64,000 nucleotides of DNA from Marsupella aquatica (Eukaryota > Plantae > Marchantiophyta), in assembly GCA_973895155.1 (NCBI GenBank), contig OZ316891.1:6667708-6731707 (forward strand), written 5' to 3'. The position numbers were made by a program, and so were the translations under genes. The notes beneath the pieces were generated by a model that did no database searches, was not told the DNA's origin, and saw only the letters and a list, made by a program, of their open reading frames with translations. How positions within the stretch are numbered: the stretch's first letter is position 1; the number at the start of each line of letters is the position of its first letter. Shown here one piece after another: positions 1 through 11,949 of this stretch.

Positions 1-20
1 TCCATGGGAGCTCGAAAAAG

Positions 21-260
21 CTAATTCCTTTCCCATACAAGGTAACCCCCAATCATGTCCTTCAAAAGTTCGCCATCTTCGCATAGAATGGTCTCGTCAA
101 AAACTTCCTCCAATAGAAGAAGAACTCTGTCCGCCCCAAGAGGAATATTGTGACAAACCCTGGAAGGATCAAGACTTATCACGCAACCTTTTCCAACCTG
201 TTTCTCACATATGCCTATAATAACTTGTCCGCCTTCCCTGATCCAGACTGTCGATGTCAC
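21..260 (-). CDS. C-terminal exon/fragment resembling the Transposase Tnp1/En/Spm-like (TnpA-associated) domain
   Basis: VGKGCVISLDPSRVCHNIPLGADRVLLLLEEVFDE...LKDMIGGYLVW matches the pattern G.v.s.dP...h..pLg...v.v..v...l.d.ig..i.W of CACTA/MULE accessory proteins. Confidence 0.55.
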   Translation of the reverse strand: MTSTVWIREGGQVIIGICEKQVGKGCVISLDPSRVCHNIPLGADRVLLLLEEVFDETILCEDGELLKDMIGGYLVWERN

Positions 261-295
261 CATAATAATTATGATCCTGCACATCAGAGAATATC

Positions 296-1120
296 ACTGT
301 AAGCGTACAGTCCTGTCACGTCCGTCAATTTCACTGCACTATTCTGTCACGTCGGTCAATAAGCAGAATATAGTCAATGCACTGCGCTGCACGCGACTGG
401 TCGCGTGACCCTAGAGGTACCACACATACCGGCAACAGACTATGCATGGTCCGTCAATCATGTCAAATGAATGAGAATGACCACAATCGATTACGATCAA
501 TCATTTCACATCCACTCAGAACAAATGAGTGGACAATCAGTAACTACTGAGGACAGTAGTGCTAATAAGCGCCAGTAAAACGTCCGTGAACTGCATTGTC
601 CTGTCACAACCATCAAGAAGTAGGCAGAATGTAGTCAATGCATTGCCCTGCATGCGACTAGTCGCGTGACCTTAGTCAGAGGGTGTAGGGATAACAGGGT
701 CTACGACGTAGAAGCTAGAAGGCTAGGCCCAAACTCTAGCTCATACTTGGTACTTCATAAGTAAGATACGATTGCGCGTGAGACAGGAAGATACAACTAC
801 GGATCTAAAGGCATGTCGCGTGACCTTAGTCAGAGGGTACAGGGTCTACGACGTAGAAGCTAGAAGGCTAGGCCCAAACTCTAGCTCGTAATTGGTACTT
901 CATAAGTAAGATACGATTGCGCGCGAGACAGGAAGATACAATTACGGATCTAAAGGCATCACACATATCGGTAAAGATAATGCATGGTCCGTCAGTCATT
1001 TCAAGTGAATGAGAACGACTACAATCGATTACGAACAATCATTTCAACTCCACTCAGGAAAAATGAGTGGACAGTACCAGTTTACCAATGAGTGGACACC
1101 GGACAGTCAGTAACTACTGA
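296..1120. repeat. Nested direct repeats: ~296-410 vs ~590-670, 661-813 vs 816-959, ~420-552 vs ~960-1120
   Basis: Near-identical blocks, e.g. gtcgcgtgaccttagtcagagggt...ggatctaaaggcat occurs twice in tandem. Confidence 0.85.
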
Positions 1121-1435
1121 CCTTCATAAGAAATCTCAGTACTTCACTAGCAATCAGTATTCCCGGGGCGGTCGCCAAACGTGAAATTAAAGCCATAATT
1201 AGAGGACAACTGAACTTCCCGCCAATTCTAATACGCGCCAGTCAAACGCGCACCCTCTTCTAGAAACCACTATGTACAATGACTAGTGGAGACTAAACAA
1301 TATAAAGCATTGAGATGATCCCTATTGCTCATTCCCCCACGCATTCCACTTTCTGGCTACTGGATAATCTATTCGTACATCAGCTCTCTCATTTCCAATT
1401 CTTAGTCTTGGTCAGCATCTCTTGTTTGAAGGGCG

Positions 1436-1978
1436 ATGACTACTCCGCTGAGCTCGAAGAATGAAGATATTCCGACGGACGATTCAGAAGGTTTGACGTA
1501 TCGAATTCGTGGTACTCCTTACAGAATGTGTCAGCGATGTAATATAATGTTTACGGTGACTAAATCGGGTAAAATGTTTTGTGAGAGACGACATTGTTCG
1601 CCACATTTGTCGATGGAAGATCAGATGGAGACCAATCCGACAGAGATGACTACAAAGATGGCACCAGGGGAGAAGTTAAAAGGCAAAGCCCTCGGGGAAT
1701 CCATTTCGAGGGGGGAGAAGTTGAAGGCCAGAGCATGCATCGAATCCATTTCGGGGGAAGCAGCAGCAGACGCTAAGACAGTCAAGAAGGAGGCCAAGAA
1801 AGTGGACGCACCGAAGAAAAGGCAATTAGAGATGAACGAAGATTCTGATTTGTATTACAGAAAGAGAAAGCCGAGAAAATCTATGGACGTTAGGACTTGG
1901 GCAAAGGAAGAATTTCTGGATTCAAGGGAATCCACACCAGACACCGATGAGTGGATGCCTTCATCTTGGAATGACTGA
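1436..1978 (+). CDS. Intronless 180-aa hypothetical protein with a CxxC...CxxxxC putative Zn finger and a basic NLS-like C-terminal part
   Basis: Open ATG-to-stop ORF containing CQRC..FCERRHC and RKRKPRK. TATAAAG at ~1301 upstream. Confidence 0.5.
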   Translation: MTTPLSSKNEDIPTDDSEGLTYRIRGTPYRMCQRCNIMFTVTKSGKMFCERRHCSPHLSMEDQMETNPTEMTTKMAPGEKLKGKALGESISRGEKLKARACIESISGEAAADAKTVKKEAKKVDAPKKRQLEMNEDSDLYYRKRKPRKSMDVRTWAKEEFLDSRESTPDTDEWMPSSWND

Positions 1979-2174
1979 CTCAATCGAAGTCAACAATATT
2001 TTGAGTAGTCGAAGATTAGAACTACAGATTCAAGAGTAGTTCAAGTTAGAACTTGTTATAGATACTGTGTAGCTTAAATTCCTGGATAGTGCTAGTGGAT
2101 ATGGATTCCACATCCGAAGTCCTTCGGGATCAATGTAACCATTTTTGTAATCAAGGAAAAATTCCTCTGACTAA

Positions 2175-3125
2175 CAATTCGCTAGGCTGTCGACTACAAC
2201 AAACAATATCAAAAAGACCTGCGATAAATTGGTTCACGCGACTGTGCGCGTGATGAACTACATGTGTAACCAAAAACAGGTCATCCTACTAACAAGTTGA
2301 GATCAGGCAGATCTGAGAAATAAAGCGCGATTACGTCTAAGAGTGCAGAGCTTTCGCTGACCTCTAAAACATTAATGCAATCGGGCGCGTGATGAAAAGA
2401 AGACCTCGGTTTTAAAATATATTTCTTGCCAATTCGCTGGGAAGTCGACTACAATAAACAATATCAAGATAAATTGGTTCACGCGACTGTGCGCGTGATG
2501 AACTACATGTGTAACCCAAAAAACAGGTCATCCTACTAACAAGTTGAGATCAGAAAGATCTAAGAAATAAAGGGCGATTACGTCTAAGAGTGCAGAGCTT
2601 TTGCTGACCTCTAAAACATTAACGCGACCGGTCGCGTGAATTAGAACTCGGTTTCAAAATAGATTTCTGGCCAATTCGCTAGGCTGTCGACTACAATAAA
2701 CAATATCAAAAGACACGAGATAAATTGGTTCATGCGACTGTGTGCGTGACGAACTACATGTGTAACCAAAAAACAGGTCATCCTACTAACAAGTTGAGAT
2801 CAGGAAGATCTGAGAAATAAAGGGTGATTACGTCTAAGAGTGCAGAGCTTTCGCTGATCTCTAAAACATTAACGCGACCGTGCGCGTGATGAAACGAAGA
2901 TGTTGGTTTTAAAATAGATTGCTGGCCAATTTGCTAGGCTGTCGACTACAATAAACAATATCAAAAGACACGAGATAAATTGGTTCACGCGACTGTGCGC
3001 GTGATGAACTACATGTGTAACCAAAAAACAGGTCATCCTACTAACAAGTTGAGATCAGGAAGATCTGAAAAATGGACCTCGATTACGTTTCGTTTTGCTA
3101 GGCCATCGACTACAATAAACAATAG
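2175..3125. repeat. ~250-bp tandem repeat, about 3.7 copies, two palindrome sites per unit
   Basis: Units start at about 2175, 2430, 2672 and 2927 with caattcgctaggctgtcgactacaa. Confidence 0.9.
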
Positions 3126-3974
3126 CAAAACATATGGACAACTATACGCGTACGCCATACAATTTTAGACTAGAGAATTCATTCGGATGTTCTACTAGTA
3201 CTTCTGATACATTGCTTATGTATTGGACTTGAAACACGGATTGATCAAAATCGGAGTGAGAAATTGGACCATAACTTCATTGACTCAATTCATGCATTGA
3301 ATGCGTGATTTAAGGCAACTACTCTCCTCATTTATTGCGGAATTAATGCTGATTGATACTTACAAGTTATTCAGTTGCATGTGGTCTCAGCAATGTTGGT
3401 GGCAACCCTTTGATGTTGGCGGAAACCCTCCTCCCAGCCAAGCCTCTTCCTTCCAGCGTAGCCTCCTCCTCGTCCCAGCCAACTAAGCCTCCTCCTTCAA
3501 ACTCCAATTTCCTTGAGTATCATGACCGAATCCCACCACCAAAGAATGACAACTTGTTGATCGTATCAAGATCAAAATCCTCGACCAGATAGTGATTTCA
3601 GAATAGCCGCTCTTTGTTGGTCCGCTAGAATGCTTCGATGAATAAGGCAGACTATGGAGGTTCTAAATCTTTGTCGTCTCGCTTCGTCGCAACTCTCCCG
3701 CTTGATCGGATGTGCTCTCCCCAAGATTGAAGGTGATACAACAAGAACTGCGCCAGCATTGCTTGAATGAGCTCCGCCTCCGACTGGAAAAAAATCCGGT
3801 TTGTTCAGTCGATGGTGGAGTGTACGGAGATCATCTAGAACCTTCCTGTCGCTAGGCTATTATTAGGGTTATGCTAAAACAATACCCTAATTAGTCCTTC
3901 CTTAGTGTCGGCGCCCACGGTCTCGAGTTCATTGTTCATTGTTGTTGTTTCTCGCTCCCAGACTTTTGCGCGCC

Positions 3975-4068
3975 TGCTCTCGTCACTCTCGCTCTCACTC
4001 TCGCTCTCGCTCTCGTCGCTCTCGCTCTCATCGCTCTTGCTCTCGCTCTCATCGCTCTCGCTCTCGCT
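3975..4068. repeat. (TCGCTC)n-like pyrimidine-rich microsatellite
   Basis: Visible directly. It produces the low-complexity SL/RA ORFs in this interval. Confidence 0.85.
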
Positions 4069-5150
4069 TCTGCCCTGGATTTCATTTTTGTCGTTGCAGG
4101 TCGTTCGTTGTGGTCAGGTGCTTGTCGGCGCGTTGCAGCTCTTAGTAGTTGTCCATCGTTTCGACCAGGAGCTCGTTGGCGCATTGCAGCTCGCATTTAC
4201 AGCTCGTATTCACTTCTAGTTTGCTAGTTCGTTGCAGCTAGCTTTTTGGGAGTGCTTGTATCAGCTCGTGTCAGCCAATTTTAAGCTCATATCAGCTCGA
4301 TCAACGTGTTTCAGCAGCTCAAACTACTTTTTGGCAGCTTGTTTTAGCTCCTTCCATTCAGCATTCAAGTTTGTTTCACCTCTTTGAATCTACAGGTTTA
4401 GTGCGCTTTTATTCATGCTCAGTTTGCCTATCCACAACTTTGATTGTACTTCTGAAAGAGTCTTTTTAACTCGACATAATGAGCTCCTTAGCATTAAGCA
4501 CATGTTATTCAATTGGTGGCAGCGAAGCTCTATGTATAGAAGTATAGAAGCTGTGTTGTTGTTGCTTAGCATATTAATATCTTCAATCTTATATTTACTT
4601 TCTGGAATGTCGCAGCAAGGTCTTCAAGTGCTTGGATGTCAATCTCTCAAACGATTACATCAATTTTTCAGAATTCAGGTATAATTTCTATATTTTCTGC
4701 TGGTGTTGATTGTGGTTTGCTAAAATTTCTCTTGATTGTTAAGCACAGTTTTCATAATGCGGTTTGTTTGTAAACTCAAATATGTGTGAATCATACAAAC
4801 TCACTAATTAAAATACAACCTGAATCGTCTTAAGTAAGTCATTACAAACTTGCACGTTGTGAATTTAATCATATAAACTCTCATGTTATGTGAATCTCAT
4901 TACACTGAATCCTTTAATTGACGAATACAACCAGTAGACTGCTAAATTGAATCATCTTAGCTGGATCATTCTCTAAACTTCTGATATATAATAGTTTCAC
5001 AATGACAGAGCTCAAACATCTGAATTATTGTAAAGTTCATGAATGAATACAAATGAATGAAATCATGCTTACTCGGATTTCCTTGTCCGTATGGGTCAGT
5101 AATCACAATTGTATCACTGTATTATCTTATTGTCCAAAAGTTGTTTGAGC

Positions 5151-6530
5151 TGTTGACGCGACTAGTCGCGTGAAAATACTATGAGGTTCCTTTTAGGACC
5201 AGTTGACGCGACCAGTCGCGTGTGAGAAGGAAACTGGATAGATTTAAATCTCCACAAGGAAGGTTTAGTGGATATAGTTGTTTAGGTTCAGTTGACACGA
5301 CCAGTCACGTCTGAGGTAGCTCTCTCATTGACTGGTTCTGTTAAAGGAGGTAAGATTCCTTTTAGGACCAGTTGACGCGACCAGTCGCGTGCCAGAAGGA
5401 AACAAGATAGATTTACTGAGCGCGTACCATATCCAAATCTCCACAAGGAAGGTTCAGTGGATATAGTTGTTTAGGTTCAGTTGATGCGACCAGTCGCGTC
5501 TGAGGTAGCTCTCTCATTGACTGGTTCTGTTAGAGGAGGTAAGGTTCCTTTTAGGACCAGTTGACGCGACCAATCGCGTCTGAGGTAGCTCTCTCATTGA
5601 CTGGTTCTGTTAGAGGAGGTAAGGTTCCTTTTAGGACCAGTTGACGCGACCAGTCGCGTGCCAGAAGGAAACAAGATAGATTTACTGAGCGCGTACCATA
5701 TCCAAATCTCCACAAGGAAGGTTCAGTGGATATAGTTGTTTAGGTTCAGTTGATGCGACCAGTCGCGTCTGAGGTAGCTCTCTCATTGACTGGTTCTGTT
5801 AGAGGAGGTAAGGTTCCTTTTAGGACCAGTTGACGCGACCAGTCGCGTGCCAGAAGGAAACAAGATAGATTTACTGAGTGCGTACCATATCCAAATCTCC
5901 ACAAGGAAGGTTCAGTGGATATAGTTGTTTAGGTTCAGTTGACGCGACCAGTCGCGTCTGAGGTAGCTCTCTCATTGACTGGTTCTGTTAGAGGAGGTAA
6001 GGTTCCTTTTAGGACCAGTTGACGTGACTAGTCGCGTCTGACGTAGATCTCTCATTGACTGGTTCTGTTAGAGGAGGTAAGGTTCCTTTTAGGACCAGTT
6101 GACGCGACCAGTCGCGTGTGAGAAGGAAACAGGATAGATTTACTGAGCGCGTACCATATCCAAATCTCCACAAGGAAGGTTCAGTGGATATAGTTGTTTA
6201 GGTTCAGTTGACGCGACCAGTCGCGTCTAAGGTAGCTCTCTCATTGACTGGTTCTGTTAGAGGAGGTAAGGTTTCTTTTAGGACCAGTTGACGTGACTAG
6301 TCGTGTCTGACGTAGATCTCTCATTGACTGGTTCTGTTAGAGGAGGTAAGGTTCCTTTTAGGACCAGTTGACGCGACCAGTCGCGTGTGAGAAGGAAACT
6401 GGATAGATTTACTGAGCGCGTACCATATCCAAATCTCCACAGAAGGTTCAGTGGATATAGTTGTTTAGGTTCAGTTGAGGCGACCAGTCGCGTCTGAGGT
6501 AGCTTTCTCATTGACTGGTTCTATTAGAGG
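5151..6530. repeat. Composite tandem array of 80-bp (A) and 109-bp (B) units, each starting AGTTGACGCGACCAGTCGCGT
   Basis: After a short lead unit at 5151, units start at about 5201(B), 5290(A), 5370(B), 5479(A), 5559(A), 5639(B), 5748(A), 5828(B), 5937(A), 6017(A), 6097(B), 6206(A), 6286(A), 6366(B), 6474(A). Confidence 0.95.
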
Positions 6531-6643
6531 ACGAAGACATTTATGATCAGTCTTTCAAAGAATTGTTTATGCATTCTGATTTGTAGATGCGACCAGTCGC
6601 GTGAAAATAATCTCTGGGATATATCATTTGGTTGAAAAGAGTC

Positions 6644-7195
6644 ATGGGCAAACCTGGTCTGGAGAGCTTCAGATATCTATGCCCAATATTTGACGTTTTG
6701 GACAGAAGCCAAGATGGTCTACTTGCGGGATATTCTGTATTTGTTGAAACACTACTACCTGGACTTCCAGATTTCATTGTCACGGAATTGATATGGCCTC
6801 GGATCCAGGAGACTTTTAATTCCTCGGCTAATGCAGGAAATTTCTCAATAAAGGAATTGGATGAGTTTGTAGGACTATCTTCGGTGTGTCGTAGATGGCG
6901 CCACCTTGTTAGGAATACCTATATTCTGGGTGTAATCAAGTTGAGTTTATTAGATTTGGCTTTCCCAGGAAATCCTACTAAACCGATCGGAAATGAGTCT
7001 CTCTCATCGACAGTTCAAAGTTTCTTCCAGAAATACCCAAGAATTAAATTCATGGGGTCAATGTCCAGAGATCTTAGGGAACTCTTCACGAAGACTTATG
7101 ATGCTCTTCACCCTCTTGAAAAATGGAAATTTACAGTCAGATGCCACGAAGTTGGATACCTTGAGGGTGACATCTACGCTTTTAAGGAATTCTAG
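6644..7195 (+). CDS. F-box-like protein, cassette 1
   Basis: TLLPGLPDFIVTELIWP...LSSVCRRWRHLV is a plant F-box signature with an internal insertion. The frame is open. Confidence 0.65.
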   Translation: MGKPGLESFRYLCPIFDVLDRSQDGLLAGYSVFVETLLPGLPDFIVTELIWPRIQETFNSSANAGNFSIKELDEFVGLSSVCRRWRHLVRNTYILGVIKLSLLDLAFPGNPTKPIGNESLSSTVQSFFQKYPRIKFMGSMSRDLRELFTKTYDALHPLEKWKFTVRCHEVGYLEGDIYAFKEF

Positions 7196-7260
7196 TTAAC
7201 TTACGTGATGAAGCGCGTCGTATGTCTTCTAACAATGTTTTGTGATATGATAAAAGCAGG

Positions 7261-7826
7261 ATGAGCCAACTTTTGAATGAGGCTCGAGATTTCCTTTCAT
7301 CTCATGAAAAGAAACAAAAAACAATATGGGATACGCTGGATAAACCTCCTCTAGTCTCATTGGAGGAATACAAGATGTTTTGGTCATTTCAAATATTTGG
7401 CCAATACTCTACGAACACTTTATTTCAATTAAAAGATTGCATGGATATCGACACCTCGATAACGATTTGGTTATCGATAGGGTCCGAGACCTTATTCGGC
7501 TTGGAGCTTATAGCAAGAAATGGAACTTTTTAGTTACAAATACAAGGTTATGGGCTATCCTCAAACAAGCAAACCGGATTATCGATGTCGCAAATGATGC
7601 TCTTTACGACATACCCGAAACTAAGGAGTTGGAGTTTGACTCAGTCTGTCGAGTTATTCGACAGGATATTTCTATGCTTCCAGAAATATCTGTTCTTGGG
7701 ACTACTACTTCTGACGAAATCGCATTGTTTACGAACAAATATAACAATTTAGATGAGGAAGAACGAGATGTCCTAATCGAAAGGTTTGGTAGATTTTCTC
7801 AGAATCTCGGTGGTCCCAGTTCTTAA
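7261..7826 (+). pseudogene. F-box-like protein, cassette 2 (frameshift near 7345)
   Basis: SLIGGIQDVLVISNIWP...LGAYSKKWNFLV aligns with cassettes 1 and 3. The ATG frame at 7261 shifts before the F-box. Confidence 0.55.
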
Positions 7827-7860
7827 TGGATAGGTTCTTGTTCTTAATCTTTTCCATATT

Positions 7861-8390
7861 ATGCTGCAGTCCTTTGACATGAATCGAAAATCTCATCGTC
7901 AAATGATGATGGAGCGCATTGCACGTGCAAAGGTTATGAACCGAAACATGATATGGAGTCAAGCTGAAGACCTGATACCCGGTCTTCCGGACGATATTGT
8001 CGAGAAATATATTTGGCCATTAGTCAAAGAGTTTTTCCACTGTCTTGGGAATTTGTCGGATACTGTGATTAAAAATTGGGTCATGGACTTGATCGCCATT
8101 CGAACATTCAGTAAGAAGTGGTGCCACATAGTTACTTATAGTAGTACTTGGGCGACGGTCACCTTGGTAGCTTACGACTTCACTGATAGACCAGGAATGA
8201 ATCACTTTGAAGGCATTTGACTTCACGGAGTGTAGCATTAAGATTTACAGAATCCATCAGAACTCTCCCGCCGCTGGACATTCTGGGTGGATTTGAAGGA
8301 TCTGAACTTGACACGTTTAGGAACCTTTGGTTTTGGTTAGATGAAGATGAGCGAGAAGATTGGGTCAGGATAAATGTTCCTAAAATGTAA
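7861..8390 (+). pseudogene. F-box-like protein, cassette 3 (frameshift near 8212)
   Basis: DLIPGLPDDIVEKYIWP...RTFSKKWCHIV. The shifted frame continues SIRTLPPLDILGG...LDEDERE, homologous to the cassette 2 C-terminus (ISMLPEISVLG...LDEEER). Confidence 0.6.
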
Positions 8391-9169
8391 TTCGGCACGA
8401 CGCGACCATGCGCGTGTTAGTATTTTATAATAAACGTTTAACTTTCAATATTTGTCTGTTTTAGAATGGATCCTACCGGAACCTCAAAGCGGAAAAGAGA
8501 CTCGTCTAAAGCTGCTTCTCGAAAGAAAGCCAAGACAAAAATGACTCCCGCGGAGACATCCATACTTGCATATCGAGGAAAGTCATCAGAGAGAGAACAA
8601 CGGAGACAAAGAGTATCCATCTCTTTGAATCGACTGAGATATCCAATTTTGGAATAGTCGTTCGCAATGGGGCTGTCCGTCTTGTGGTGGCAAGAAATGA
8701 TAAAGCTATAGTTTTGGAGAAATCAAAAATTCTCGGGTATTTCTTTGAGAAGAACATGAAAGTTAAAGAGTGTACAGAGGGATTGGTTCTGCTAGTCAGC
8801 GACGACCAGCAGGAAGACAAAATAAGCATTTGTTTGGATCGAACGCAATATGTAACCTTCAATCAGCCCAGAATCGATGATCTTCTAGGTGCAAGGCATG
8901 CCTTGGAAAAGGTTACTAGTGTGGGATATCCTTCCGATCCAGAGGCATCAACGGAAGATTTGATTTGTCAATACATTATTGACGTACTTGAGTTCCAGAG
9001 AGTTCCTTTCAACCAGGGATTTCGCTTGGGAAAGGCCCCGCCAGTTAGCAAGGTTGAAGTATACTCGGCGGAGAATCTTCCGAAAGTAATTACCTCAGCG
9101 AATGTCGGGGCTCTGTTCGATTCTTTCCTCAAAGAATATAGTGCTGTGAATATATTTAACAGCAAGTCA

Positions 9170-9600
9170 TTTTTTGTTGAGACATCACGTTGTCATCTTG
9201 CACTGGACCACATCAAGTGCCGAGAGTGGAATCAGGATTACACAAATAGGCTAAAGAATTCACTCCTCTCTCATTTGGCTATAAAGTTCGAGAAGCGATG
9301 CTGCTTTTTAGTCCCTGTGAAGTGGGTTCAGTCGGAGGCCGACAGAGATCCCGACTACAATGGGACACCCTACGATTCATCGTCAAAGGAGGAGGACATT
9401 ATGACCAGTCATTTCTGGATACTCGGAGGCCAGCACACAATAATGGCGTACAAATTCCTGAGAGAGGACGACAAAGTCAGCCAAGTTGTACGAGACGCTT
9501 GCGGTACTGTAGAAGCTGTAATGTTTTGGGCAACGCTCAACAACGACAATAATGTTCATTTGATGGGATTATCGAAAGCTTTGAACCACTGTCATCAAAC
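9170..9600 (+). other. ParB/Srx-like domain within the large gene
   Basis: VETSRCHL..HIKCREWNQDYTNRLKNSLL ... FWILGGQHTIMAYKFL ... VEAVMFW...LMGLSKALN follows the ParB N-terminal layout (R...L..Si ... iidG.HR..A ... lal.eN). The signature Arg is Thr here. Confidence 0.45.
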
Positions 9601-10619
9601 ATCAATGGAAGAAGGACAGTTTCTCACCATTGTACGATAGTGTCGTAATATCTGGAACTCATTTGGGCGGCCTGGATTACATTATCGTCATCCAAATTGG
9701 AAGGTAAATAAATAACCCTCTTCGATCACATTATCGTATAAACTTTTGTCACGCGACCGGTCGCGTCAATCTTAGAATTGTCATGTTTCCATTGTTTTTC
9801 AGGTATTTCTGAGAGCTACAAGTTTTGTTTGCCCATGGGCTCAAATGGGGAAGAACGAAATGATGAAATTTGGGGAATTGGCTCCGTTTCTCTTTACAAT
9901 GGAGGACGAAATATTCAAGAAGTGGATGGAGGTCTACGAACTATTAAGGACAGGAGAGCTTGTAATTTACAACGGAATTTTACAGAGGGACGCCGTCAAA
10001 ATTGCGGATAATCCGTGTGCTTATCATCTTCTGAAGAAGACGTTCCGTTCTTGTCAAGGGTGCTCAGACTCGGTTCTTCAAAAGGCAGCGGAATATATGT
10101 TGAGCGGAAGATTGTCTATACTCAAAAACTGAAGCATCAGAGTGAAATCTGGGAAGGCGAAGAAGTCCTCTGAGGCTCCAGTGTTGTCAACGACTAGCAT
10201 GAGTTTGGAGCAATTCTGTATAAAGAAGAAGACGAAAGTTGAGTTTGAGATTTTATTATTGAGTAAACTCAACGGGGAAACATCCACCCGGACGGAGCTG
10301 AAAAGTCTGACAGATTCAGGGCAAAAATATTGGGTCAAAGGAATGATTGATTGTTTTAAGCTCGACAAGATGGTGTTGAAGCAGTTGAGAGATGCGTTGA
10401 GTGGTTATCTGAAGAAGTGCTTAAATGTAAGTTATAGTAATGATAATTTGTTGAAGGAGATCGACCCTATATTCTACAGGTTGGTCGAAGGAATACAGAA
10501 ATCAGTTGATAGTCAAGGAAACCAACTAGTGCGGCCGGTCGATGAGAGGCTGAAATTGCGATCCCTGCAGGATATACAAAATGCTGGGTTTGCAGACTGT
10601 ATCATACTTGAAGACAAGA

Positions 10620-11245
10620 ACCTTGCGAGCTTGATTTATTTTGATCCCTCATCAATGGGAGATTTGCGTTCGCCAAATTGCTCATTCTATGAGGGGTTAT
10701 TTCGTGCTACTAGCGAGATAGGGGCAAAACCACACCATGTGGTTATTATTGTAGCCTCTCTCGTTGAGTCTTACTTAATCAAACGAGAATTAGGGAAGTA
10801 CACACACTACGTTGCTGTCGATAGCCATTATATTTAGAAGCGGCCGAAGGAGAAGAAGCTTATTGTAACCTACGCTTTTCACAGCTTGGCCTTCAGCACA
10901 ATGGGCGATCCACAAGCCCTCGAGTTCCAATTGGTCTCCAAATATCAAATTGAGAAGATAGCCAATTTTGAAGAGAGCGGCGAGTTCATGACACCTTTCC
11001 CAGAAAAGATACTTCCATTCTTTGAAAGTATTGTTAGTCAATTCGTCCAATGTGGGGAATGGGCTATATACTTCGGTGAGGGAACGAACTTGATCCAGTG
11101 CTTAATGGTAAGTTTTGAGATTTATATTTTGGGGTTTCGATTTTAAGATTATTTAGATTATTATATTCTCAATTAATATTGTGAACTAATTTCGGCTTTT
11201 TTTATAGGATGCTGGATCCAATGTAAAATATTACTGCCCTATGGC
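10620..11245 (+). other. Degenerate amino (N4C/N6A) DNA methyltransferase-like region
   Basis: ASLIYFDPSS resembles the DLIxTDPPY motif IV. PEKILPFFESIVSQFVQCGEWAIYFGEG...CLMDAGSNVKY resembles KPxxLxxxIxxFSxxGDxVLDPFxGSG...LGRxxIG. The motifs are in beta-class order and the catalytic and SAM motifs are degraded. Confidence 0.35.
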
Positions 11246-11949
11246 AACGCATAGGGAGTTGTCTTGTTTCTTGCAACACACCACGGCGACAATTGATACA
11301 ACGCTGTCATTGATTGACCCAGTACGGGCTAGTATAGAAAAATGTATAGATAAATTAATGAAGTACCGTCCATCCGTAACTGCTCTCAGGGCTGATGTTT
11401 TGGATGTCCTCCACGAACAACATATCCTTGATAATATTTGTAATCAATTATTGCAAGAGTATGCACTCTCTGAAGATTCCGATCGATTGTACATTTGACC
11501 AACGGAGTACCCTAGTAGGCCAATCCAAGGTAAGTTACTTTTGAAACCTCTTACTTTTTATTGCGTCACGCAAATATGCGCGTGGATATTCATAACATTT
11601 CTTTTCACGCGAATATGCGCGTGAGTCATTCTTATCAAATTATCTGATTTTATTCAGATCAAGTCGACTGCGGCTTCAATGTTGAGGATGTAGGGAGCAA
11701 TGGTGATGCGGATGGTGAGGGGGAAAATGACGCGGAAGGTGACACGAATGGGGATGTCAATGACCAAGATCCAGAGTGGATGACCGATACGCTAAACAAC
11801 GTCGGAGATTCCGACAATAGAGGAGATGAAGAGAGTGACGGAGAGGAGATGAAGGATGCTGAGAACGCTGATAAAGAGGACAAGGAGATGGAGGGTTCCG
11901 AGGACGATGAGGACTCTGATGAAGAGGCCACACAGGAGCCTCGATATGA

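Noticed and set aside
3905-4219. SL-, RA- and RS-repeat ORFs
   Set aside because: They are translations of the (TCGCTC)n microsatellite.
5151-6530. CRISPR array
   Set aside because: The spacers are only two recurring sequences (about 59 and 88 bp), there are no cas genes, and the context is eukaryotic.
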